Part shown: one piece after another, positions 9,795 through 16,968 of the stretch
Layout of the letters: each line of letters begins with the position of its first letter
Position numbering within the stretch: the stretch's first letter is position 1
Origin: Candidatus Woesearchaeota archaeon
GTDB lineage: Archaea > Nanobdellota > Nanobdellia > Woesearchaeales > GW2011-AR4
Length of the DNA stretch: 64,000 nt
Direction: 5' to 3'
Assembly (NCBI GenBank): GCA_018303655.1
Contig: JAGVXT010000023.1
Coordinates: 30,394-94,393 of the forward strand
Notes under the pieces: model-generated
The model's input: only the letters and a program-made list of their open reading frames with translations
Databases searched by the model: none
What the model was told of the DNA's origin: nothing
Position numbers and translations under genes: made by a program

Positions 9795-9826
9795 ACCACT
9801 GGACATCTCTGCCTAAAATATATAAA
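9795..9826 (+). promoter_or_regulatory. conserved upstream motif + TATA box (copy 1)
   Basis: ACCACTGGACATCT, a 10-nt spacer, then TATATAAA. The same 14-mer, the same spacing and TTTATAAA occur at 27458-27489. Confidence 0.45.
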
Positions 9827-9846
9827 GGATGAATTCTACCTATTTT

Positions 9847-9937
9847 GAAAAAGAGAACACGCAAAACTGCAAAATAATGATTTTCGGTTTTCAACACAAA
9901 AATCAATTACGTAGTTTCGCTTAACGTTCTCTTTTTC
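9847..9937 (+). repeat. long imperfect hairpin, a degenerate member of the hairpin-repeat family
   Basis: Perfect 12-bp inverted repeat GAAAAAGAGAAC (9847-9858) / GTTCTCTTTTTC (9926-9937), extended by GCAAAACTGC / GTAGTTTCGC. The apical part contains AAAAT-aatg-ATTTTCGG. The 5-prime end aligns with copy B (AAAAACGAGAAC...). Confidence 0.55.
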
Positions 9938-9987
9938 TTATACTTCAAAGTTTTCAAAGAAAATAAAAACTTTGGAGGTTGATAAAA

Positions 9988-11130
9988 ATGGATTTAGTAA
10001 AACTTAAACAGTTGGATGAAGAAAAGACTCGGGAATTTCATTTATGGGATTTTCAAGATAACTTATTTATTCTTTTGGACAAAGAAGCTAATGACAGATT
10101 TTTCAAAATAATGTATAATCAATTCGGAACTCAACAAGAGTTTGCTAAATTTTTAGGACTATGGAGACAAGAGGTAAATAAATATCATAAACAATTACTT
10201 AAAGACAATGGAAGATATTATCCAGTTTACTTCCCTATTAGATTGTTCAAAAAATGTGTGCCTATTTTAGATAAAGAGTTTATTTGTTATCTAGAACAAA
10301 ATGTATCAGAAATAAGGGCAAGGGTTGGACTAAGTGTCTATAACCCAAAACTTCCAATAAGAGAATCTCAAGAAGTTTATCGAATATTAGCCCACATAAT
10401 AGCAGATGGTTCTGCGAGCAAAGGTAAAACTCCGTACTATGCTAATACTTGTAAGCAGTTAAGAGAACAATTTAAAAAAGACTTAGCAATTTTTGGAGAG
10501 ATGAAAATTTATGAGAGAAAGCCACAAGTAACTGAATTAGTGTTTTTTCCTAAAGTTGTTACAGATTTATTAGCTTCATTGTTTGATATTCAATTTACCT
10601 ATCCAAATAGAATTCCAAAACTTATATTTACAGCTTCAGAAGATTTAAAAAAAAATTTCTTGCAAGCTCTATTTGACGATGAAGGTACAATTTCTGCTCA
10701 ATTAGCTTTAACTATACACAACGTCAGGATAATGGAAGAAATAAAATCCTTGATTATTTCTTTAGGTATAAATGTTAGTAAAGTTATGGTGTATTATTAT
10801 TCTCACAAAACAAATAAAGTATATTTTCAAATTTCCAAGAAAGATTACGAATTGTTTCAAAAGAAAATAGGTTTTAGCCATCCAGAAAAAGCTAAAAAAT
10901 TGGAATTAGCAATAAGAACTCAAAATAGAGAACAAAGGACAAGAAATCCAAATTATATCGAGCAAGAAATTATAAAAATTTTAGAAATGAAGCCTTCACC
11001 CACAATGGAATTGGCTAATAAACTTATGTTAACAATAATGGGAATTAAACCACATCTTGACAGAATGCTTGAAGAAGGCTTAATAATCAAAAGAGGTTAT
11101 AAGAATAAGGTTATTTGGGATATTGCCTAA
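9988..11130 (+). CDS. free-standing double-motif LAGLIDADG homing-endonuclease-like protein with C-terminal winged-helix
   Basis: Motif 1 LAHIIADGSAS and motif 2 LQALFDDEGTI. GGAGG Shine-Dalgarno 9 nt before the ATG at 9988. Visibly more AT-rich than its neighbours. Confidence 0.75.
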   Translation: MDLVKLKQLDEEKTREFHLWDFQDNLFILLDKEANDRFFKIMYNQFGTQQEFAKFLGLWRQEVNKYHKQLLKDNGRYYPVYFPIRLFKKCVPILDKEFICYLEQNVSEIRARVGLSVYNPKLPIRESQEVYRILAHIIADGSASKGKTPYYANTCKQLREQFKKDLAIFGEMKIYERKPQVTELVFFPKVVTDLLASLFDIQFTYPNRIPKLIFTASEDLKKNFLQALFDDEGTISAQLALTIHNVRIMEEIKSLIISLGINVSKVMVYYYSHKTNKVYFQISKKDYELFQKKIGFSHPEKAKKLELAIRTQNREQRTRNPNYIEQEIIKILEMKPSPTMELANKLMLTIMGIKPHLDRMLEEGLIIKRGYKNKVIWDIA

Positions 11131-11185
11131 AATTCTGTTACTACTTACCAAAACTTATTTAAACAAAACTTCTATCTTCTGTTTT

Positions 11186-12076
11186 ATGGAAAAGGCCTTG
11201 GAAACAAGGGAAAGGATTGTTGAAATTGTAAAGCAAAAAGGCCCTGTGCTGCCTGTCCATATTTCAAAAGAGATAGGCAGTGATATTCTGATGGCAAGCG
11301 CGCACCTTGCAGAGCTCACTGCAAGCAAAAGGCTTAAGATTTCAACAATAAAGGTAGGAGGGTCTCCTTTGTATTATCTTCAAGGACAGGAAGAAATGCT
11401 GCAGAAGTTCATAGGCAGCATGAATGACAAGGAGAAAAAGGCATTTGACTTGTTAAGCCAAAGCAAGATATTGAGGGATGCTGAGCAGGAGCCTGTGGTA
11501 AGAGTTGCATTGCGCGAAATCAAGGACTTTGCAATTCCATTGAATGTCACGCATAACAACAACAAAGAAATGTTTTGGAAATGGTACTTGGCAAATAATG
11601 AAGAAGCTGAAGGCCTTATAAAGCAAAAATTGCAGATTCTGGAAAAACCGATAGAAAGAAAGGTTGAGCAAGAAACAATAAAAAGACAGGAAGAAAAACC
11701 AATACAACTAACCCAAAAACAAACAAAAGAAAAAACAACCAAGAAATACAAGCCAAGGGACAAGGAAGACAATTTTTTAAAGGACATTATGAGATTCTTT
11801 GAAAAAAACAGGATAAATGTAATAAGCAGCGAGATAATAAAAAGGGATTCGGAAATAGACTTTTTGGTTGAACTGCCAAGTGTAGTGGGAAACCTGCAGT
11901 ATTACTGCAAGGCAAGAAACAAGAAAAAAATCAGCGATTCTGATTTAAGCAACGCATATGTCAAAGGCCAGTTCAAGAAACTGCCTGTGATTGTTCTTTC
12001 TCCTGGAGAGTTGTCATCAAAAGCGCAGGAAATACTGGCAAAAGAATTAAACAATATAACGTTCAAGAAAATATAA
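11186..12076 (+). CDS. winged-helix DNA-binding protein with C-terminal PD-(D/E)XK-like domain (function unknown)
   Basis: Two wH-like segments (IVEIVKQKGPVLPVHISKEIG..., KKAFDLLSQSKILRD), a Lys-rich linker, and a C-terminal EIDFLVE...YYCKARNKKK block. Start set at the ATG at 11186. Confidence 0.4.
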   Translation: MEKALETRERIVEIVKQKGPVLPVHISKEIGSDILMASAHLAELTASKRLKISTIKVGGSPLYYLQGQEEMLQKFIGSMNDKEKKAFDLLSQSKILRDAEQEPVVRVALREIKDFAIPLNVTHNNNKEMFWKWYLANNEEAEGLIKQKLQILEKPIERKVEQETIKRQEEKPIQLTQKQTKEKTTKKYKPRDKEDNFLKDIMRFFEKNRINVISSEIIKRDSEIDFLVELPSVVGNLQYYCKARNKKKISDSDLSNAYVKGQFKKLPVIVLSPGELSSKAQEILAKELNNITFKKI

Positions 12077-12100
12077 CCTAATTTCAAATTATATAAAATC

Positions 12101-12262
12101 AAAAAACGAGAACGACCTGTCGAAAATCAAAGATTTTCGAGCATGATCGAAAATGCGAAGCATTTATCGACATTTGAAAGCAATCAAGAAGAAAGTAACC
12201 CGTTTTCAATGTATTGGCGAGCTGGGTAGGGTGCCAGCGAGCACAAGATATGCGAAGCATAT
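12101..12262 (+). repeat. hairpin-array repeat, copy B
   Basis: AAAAACGAGAACGAC lead-in. TCGAAAATC-aaa-GATTTTCGA at 12120-12140. TCGAAAATGC-gaa-GCATTTATCGA at 12147-12170. ATATGC-gaa-GCATAT at 12248-12262. About 60 nt is colinear with 43612-43680. Confidence 0.7.
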
Positions 12263-12301
12263 TGATTATCAAAAAATCTAAAATAAAGGTATCAAAATAA
12301 A

Positions 12302-13339
12302 ATGGGAGTAGCCTTAACTGAATTGTTGCTGATAAAGGAGATTGAATTAGGTTTTCTTCATAACAAAGTCCTGATTGTTGATGCTCCGATGTGGCTTTAC
12401 CAGTTTTTAAGCTCAATAAGGCAACGGGATGGATCATTATTGACAGATTCAAAAGGCAATGTTACTTCACATTTGATAGGATTATTGGCAAGAATATCGA
12501 ACCTGACGCAGCAAGACATCAAGCTGGCATTTGTTTTTGACGGCAAGCCGCCTAAGCTAAAGCACATGACTCTTGAAAAAAGAAAGGAAACAAAAATTGA
12601 AGCGCAGAAAAAGTTTGAGAAAGCAAGGGAAAGAGAAGATTTGGAGCTGATGAAAAAGTATGCTGCCCGCACATCAAGGCTGACAGATGAAATGATAGAG
12701 GAGGCAAAGAAGCTTGTCGGGGCATTTGGATTGCCTGTGATTAATGCTCCTTCTGAAGCAGAAGCCCAAGCCTCATTCATCGTGAAAAATGATGATGCAT
12801 TTGCAATTGCAACAAACGACGCGGATGCCTTGCTGTTTGAAGCGCCAAAAATTGTTAGAAACCTTAACATGGCTGGAAAGAAGAAAAGAAAAGATAAGCT
12901 GAGCTATGAGACAATCAATCCAGATATTATTGATTTAAAGGATAATCTTCATCATTTGGAAATCAAGCAGGAGCAATTAATAGCGTTGGCTATGCTGATT
13001 GGAACTGACTATAATTCCGGCGGCATCAAAGGCATCGGGCCGAAAACTGCCCTTAAACTGGTCAAGGCTTACGGCACAAATTTTGAGGCATTATTCAATG
13101 AGGTAAAATGGGATAATTTCTTCGATTTTTCATGGCAGGAGGTCTTTGAGCTGATAAAAAACATTCCGATTGACAATGACTACAATTTGAAGTGGACAAA
13201 TGCTGATGATGGGAAGATAATGAAGCTGCTTGTTGACGGTCATGATTTCTCAGAAGAAAGGGTAAAAAACCAGATTGAAGGGTTGGTGAAGGAAAAAAGC
13301 AAAAAAAATCAAAAGGGATTAAGTGATTTCTTCAATTAA
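12302..13339 (+). CDS. fen: flap endonuclease 1
   Basis: XPG-N/XPG-I pattern (VFDGKPPKLK, APSEAEAQASF, ATNDADALLF), H3TH motif (GTDYNSGGIKGIGPKTA), C-terminal PIP-like QKGLSDFF. Confidence 0.9.
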   Translation: MGVALTELLLIKEIELGFLHNKVLIVDAPMWLYQFLSSIRQRDGSLLTDSKGNVTSHLIGLLARISNLTQQDIKLAFVFDGKPPKLKHMTLEKRKETKIEAQKKFEKAREREDLELMKKYAARTSRLTDEMIEEAKKLVGAFGLPVINAPSEAEAQASFIVKNDDAFAIATNDADALLFEAPKIVRNLNMAGKKKRKDKLSYETINPDIIDLKDNLHHLEIKQEQLIALAMLIGTDYNSGGIKGIGPKTALKLVKAYGTNFEALFNEVKWDNFFDFSWQEVFELIKNIPIDNDYNLKWTNADDGKIMKLLVDGHDFSEERVKNQIEGLVKEKSKKNQKGLSDFFN

Positions 13340-13340
13340 T

Positions 13341-14177
13341 ATGACGAAACGCAACCTAAAATTTTACCTAAAAGATAAATTAACAGCCAAAGAACTGAAA
13401 TTTGCCCCGTCATCTTTTGATGTAGTCGGTGATATTCTGATATTTTCCGAGTTTCCGAAAGAATTGGTTAAAAAAGAAAAAATAATTGGGAGTATAATTT
13501 TGCAGAATTATCATCACATCAAGACTGTACTTAAAAAAACAAAAAAATATTCTGGGAAATTCAGGACACCAAAACTTAAGGTGATTGCCGGTGAAAATAG
13601 AAAAGAAACAATATGCAAGGAAAATGATGTATTCATAAAGCTTGATGCTGAAAAGGTTTATTTCTCTCCAAGAATGTCGAGCGAAAGAAAAAGAATCTCG
13701 CAATTAATAAAGCCAAATGAATCAGTTTTAGTTATGTTTTCCGGAGCCGGGGTATATCCATTGGTTATTGCAAAGAATTCAAAATGCAGAGAGATTTATG
13801 GCATAGAGATTAATCCAATTGCCCATAAATACGCATTGGAAAACAGCAAAAAAAACAAGCTTGAGAATAAAATAAAGCTTTTTTTGGGTGATGTTAAAAA
13901 AATAATGCCGAACTTGAACAAAAAGTTTGACAGGATACTGATGCCTCTTCCAAAAGGAGGGGAGTATTTTCTGGGTTTGGCATTGAAGTTTATTAAAAAA
14001 AATGGGATTATACATTTCTATGATTTCGAGCATGAAGATGAGTTGTACAAAGCAGGGGAAAAAGTAAAAAAATCATGCGAAAAGCCAAAAAGAAAATTCA
14101 AAATCCTTAAAACAGCAAAGTGCGGCCAATATTCCCCAAGGTTTTATCGAGTTTGCGTCGATTTTTTAGTTTATTAA
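13341..14177 (+). CDS. trm5: Trm5/Tyw2-family (Met-10+ like) tRNA methyltransferase
   Basis: SAM-binding VLVMFSGAGVYPL, EIYGIEINPIA, and LMPLPKGG near the C-terminus. The ATG at 13341 directly follows the fen stop. Confidence 0.7.
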   Translation: MTKRNLKFYLKDKLTAKELKFAPSSFDVVGDILIFSEFPKELVKKEKIIGSIILQNYHHIKTVLKKTKKYSGKFRTPKLKVIAGENRKETICKENDVFIKLDAEKVYFSPRMSSERKRISQLIKPNESVLVMFSGAGVYPLVIAKNSKCREIYGIEINPIAHKYALENSKKNKLENKIKLFLGDVKKIMPNLNKKFDRILMPLPKGGEYFLGLALKFIKKNGIIHFYDFEHEDELYKAGEKVKKSCEKPKRKFKILKTAKCGQYSPRFYRVCVDFLVY

Positions 14178-14434
14178 TATTTTTTGGATTTTTCAATCCG
14201 TTTTAATGCTTAACCACTTCTTAATTTTTAATTAAGTTTTTGATGCGGCTTAAGCATTTTTAATATTAATCCTTTTACCTTGGGTTTGATTGGCCTGACT
14301 ATGTAAGCGAAATCACCTCCAGCATATTATTTGTCCTCAAAGTCTTCCATTGTGTTTAAATCCAAAACACTTATGTCAAACTCTTTTTTGCCTTTCATGC
14401 AATTGGCTGATACATCCATATATATAAAGAATTG

Positions 14435-14468
14435 TGGTGATACTTAATCACCATAAAATTTATAAATT
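14435..14468 (+). promoter_or_regulatory. palindromic operator candidate abutting the TATA box of the TrmB-like gene
   Basis: TGGTGAT-actta-ATCACCA (14435-14453) is followed directly by AAAATTTATAAATT. The ATG is at 14489. Confidence 0.4.
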
Positions 14469-14488
14469 AAGCAATACATGCATAAGAC

Positions 14489-15226
14489 ATGTCTCAGTAC
14501 AGGATTTTCCGCTCATTGGGATTGACAGAGAACGAGTCAAAAGTGTACATGACTTTGCTGGACCTAGGGACAGCGCAGGCCGGGCATATAACAGAAAAGT
14601 CAGGAATACATAGAAGGAATGTGTATGATTCGCTCTCAAGACTCATGGGAAAAGGCTTGGTAAGCTTTGTAACAGTGAACAATAAAAAGATGTTCAGTCC
14701 AGTTAATCCAAGAAGGTTCCTTGAGATAATAAGTGAGAAGAAGTTTGAGCTGGAAAACCTGAAAAATGATTTTGGAAAGATAATACCGGAGCTTGAGCTA
14801 AGGACCAGATTGCAGGAAAAGCATGATGTAAGGTTTTTCAAGGGCGTGGAAGGGCTTAAAACTGTCTACGAAGATATAATAAGGACAGGCAGGGATTATG
14901 TTGGCTACGGGCCTGGCCACCAGATTGAAAAGATACTAAAGCATTACTTCAGGCATTATGTAAACAGCAGGATAAATGCCAAGATAAGTCTAAAGCTTAT
15001 TTATGATGAAGCCTCAAGGCATACTGTAAAGAAAAACCCATTAAGCGAGATAAGGTTTATTCCTAACCAATACAGCTCAAGGGCTGCTTTGCGAATTTAT
15101 GGAGACAAAGTGGCCTTATTGCTTCTGACTGAGGAAGAGCCTTTGGCAATTGTAATAAAAAACAATGCAATTGCTGACGGCTATAAAAAATATTTTGAGG
15201 TCATGTGGAAGGCTGCAAAGCCATAG
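14489..15226 (+). CDS. TrmB-family transcriptional regulator
   Basis: N-terminal wHTH LGLTENESKVYMTLLDLGTAQAGHITEKSGIHRRNVYDSLSRLMGKGLV followed by a coiled segment and a C-terminal domain. Confidence 0.75.
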   Translation: MSQYRIFRSLGLTENESKVYMTLLDLGTAQAGHITEKSGIHRRNVYDSLSRLMGKGLVSFVTVNNKKMFSPVNPRRFLEIISEKKFELENLKNDFGKIIPELELRTRLQEKHDVRFFKGVEGLKTVYEDIIRTGRDYVGYGPGHQIEKILKHYFRHYVNSRINAKISLKLIYDEASRHTVKKNPLSEIRFIPNQYSSRAALRIYGDKVALLLLTEEEPLAIVIKNNAIADGYKKYFEVMWKAAKP

Positions 15227-15260
15227 AAACTCTTAAAAACTGATATTCCTTATTTCAGCT

Positions 15261-15337
15261 GGTGCACGCGATGAAGATATGAACACCCTTAGAAGCGCAA
15301 GCTGATGATATGCGGTAGTAACTGCCGAGCGTGCGCC
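15261..15337 (+). ncRNA. candidate structured ncRNA (GC-rich 77-nt element closed by a 9-bp stem)
   Basis: GGUGCACGC (15261-15269) pairs with GCGUGCGCC (15329-15337). The interior carries GAUGA, CUGAUGAU and CCGA, which are C/D-like pieces. It is a GC-rich island in an AT-rich spacer. Confidence 0.3.
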
Positions 15338-15345
15338 TTACTAAA

Positions 15346-15777
15346 ATGGCAAGGAAGAAAATGGAAATTTATGCTTACTTCATTTTAATATTGTTGGCAT
15401 GGGGCTTGTGGGGATTTTTTGGAAAATATGCTTTAAAGTACATAAGCCCGACATCTTTAATATTATTTGAAACAATAGGTGCTATTGTAATACAGCTAAT
15501 TGTTGTAATTTTTCTATTTTATTATAAATATAGGTTTGAGACTAACCCAACAGGAATTACCCTTGCTGTGCTGACTGCCCTTTTTGGTGTTATTGGGACA
15601 ATTCTTTTTTTCTTCACTTTGTCAAAAACAAAAGCTTCTGTTTTAGTTCCTTTAACAGCACTTTATCCAGTCATTACAGTTATTCTGAGTTTTATTTTCC
15701 TAAAAGAAAAAGTAACTTTAGTGCAGAGTGTTGGTATTGTTTTAGCAATTGTCGCTAGTGTGTTATTATCAATCTAG
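15346..15777 (+). CDS. single-EamA-domain (half-size DMT) transporter
   Basis: About 5 hydrophobic helices with an EamA-like pattern. Start set at the ATG at 15346, because the GTG at 15331 lies inside the ncRNA stem. Confidence 0.6.
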   Translation: MARKKMEIYAYFILILLAWGLWGFFGKYALKYISPTSLILFETIGAIVIQLIVVIFLFYYKYRFETNPTGITLAVLTALFGVIGTILFFFTLSKTKASVLVPLTALYPVITVILSFIFLKEKVTLVQSVGIVLAIVASVLLSI

Positions 15778-16928
15778 CCAAACATGCCTATATAATCTTC
15801 TCCTTCTGCTTTTTCCTCTTCCTTAACCTTGTCTATTGCCTTTAGAAAATCTTCCTTGGTTACGAAAGTCCTGTTGCTTCTTATTGCAAAATACCCTGCT
15901 TCTGTGCATACTGCCTTGATTTCAGCGCCGCTGAACCCTTCCATCTTGCTTGTCAGCAATTCAATGTTGATATTCTTGTCAAAGCTCATGTTTTTTGAAT
16001 GTATCTTGAATATTTCAAGCCTTGCCTCCTTGTTTGGCAAGGGTATGTTAAGAAGCCTGTCAAGCCTTCCAGGCCTTATTACAGCAGGATCCAGAATATC
16101 TTTTCTGTTGGTTGCGCCTATGATCTTGACATTATCCAATGGCTTAAACCCGTCAAGTTCTGCAAGCAGCTGCATAAATGTCCTGTTAACCTCTCTTTCT
16201 CCTGATGTTCCGACTTCAATTCTTTTTGCTGCCAGCGCATCCAATTCATCAATAAAAACAATTGCCGGCGCTTTCTTTCTTGCAAACTCAAAAATCTCTT
16301 TTACAAGCTTTGCCCCTTCGCCGATGAATTTTTGCACTAATTCAGATCCAACAACCTCGATGAAAGTGGAGTTTGTGGATGCTGCAACAGCCTTTGCCAG
16401 TAAAGTCTTGCCGGTTCCCGGTTCGCCGTAAAGCAATACTCCTTTTGGTGGAGTGATTCCTATTTTTTTGAACAATTCCGGCTTCTTTAATGGAAGTTCT
16501 ACTACCTCTTTTATTTCCTGTATCTGCTGGTTTAAGCCGCCTATCTCGTCCCATGTGATTGTTGGCTTTTCAACAATAACAAACTTTTCAACATTAAAGC
16601 GCCTTGTTATAGGAATTTTTTTTATAATTGTAAGGTTTTTCTGCTCTACTAGTATCAGATCCCCAGATTTAAGCTTTTCACACTCATTTGATATGTTAAC
16701 AAGAAACTGGTTGCCGTTTGGAATCTTTATGACTGAGGTGTTGCCAAAAATCTCCCTGACTTCACATACCATTAACGGCGATGCCTTGAACCTTTCAATC
16801 TCTTCCTTCAAGCGATTGATTGTTTCTTTCATAATCCTGTTTTCCTCCTCATATGGGTTTGAGGAAGTGGAATAAGAGTACATTATGCTGTCAATTATGT
16901 TTTTTGGCTTTGATTCTTTTGCCGGCAT
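15774..16928 (-). CDS. pan: proteasome-activating nucleotidase (AAA+ ATPase)
   Basis: N-terminal coiled coil, OB segment, Walker A GEPGTGKTLLAKA, Walker B IVFIDELDA, SRH GATNRKDILDPAVIRPGRLDR. Confidence 0.9.
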   Translation of the reverse strand: MPAKESKPKNIIDSIMYSYSTSSNPYEEENRIMKETINRLKEEIERFKASPLMVCEVREIFGNTSVIKIPNGNQFLVNISNECEKLKSGDLILVEQKNLTIIKKIPITRRFNVEKFVIVEKPTITWDEIGGLNQQIQEIKEVVELPLKKPELFKKIGITPPKGVLLYGEPGTGKTLLAKAVAASTNSTFIEVVGSELVQKFIGEGAKLVKEIFEFARKKAPAIVFIDELDALAAKRIEVGTSGEREVNRTFMQLLAELDGFKPLDNVKIIGATNRKDILDPAVIRPGRLDRLLNIPLPNKEARLEIFKIHSKNMSFDKNINIELLTSKMEGFSGAEIKAVCTEAGYFAIRSNRTFVTKEDFLKAIDKVKEEEKAEGEDYIGMFG

Positions 16929-16968
16929 AGTTATTCAAGAAAAATATTTAGTATAAAAAGATTTGTAT

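Noticed and set aside
9795-9808. The 14-mer ACCACTGGACATCT match taken on its own as proof of a repeat
   Set aside because: Several exact 14-mer coincidences are expected by chance in 64 kb when both strands are compared. Only the shared register to a TATA box gives it weight, so it is reported as a promoter hypothesis rather than a repeat.
9829-9924. 31-codon ORF (MNSTYFEKENTQNCKIMIFGFQHKNQLRSFA) between endA and the LAGLIDADG gene
   Set aside because: Its ATG lies only 3 nt after the TATA box, so it would be upstream of the transcription start. The region is better explained by the long hairpin.
12099-12452. 117-aa minus-strand ORF spanning hairpin repeat copy B and the fen 5-prime end
   Set aside because: It is antisense to fen, runs through the palindromic repeat (which reads open on both strands), has low-complexity composition, and matches no recognisable family.
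15261-15337. 77-nt stem-closed element considered as a tRNA
   Set aside because: The length and 7-9 bp closing stem fit. However, there is no U8/A14, no GG in a D-loop, no 7-nt T-loop with the UUCRA pattern, and no 5-bp anticodon stem with a 7-nt loop.
15261-15337. Same element considered as a fluoride (crcB-motif) riboswitch
   Set aside because: It contains GCGAUGA, AACUGCC and CUGAUGA-like pieces that recall the crcB motif. They are in the wrong order (GAUGA ... CUGAUGA ... AACUGCC instead of GAUG ... AACUGCC ... CUGAUG), and the downstream gene is an EamA transporter, not CrcB/EriC.
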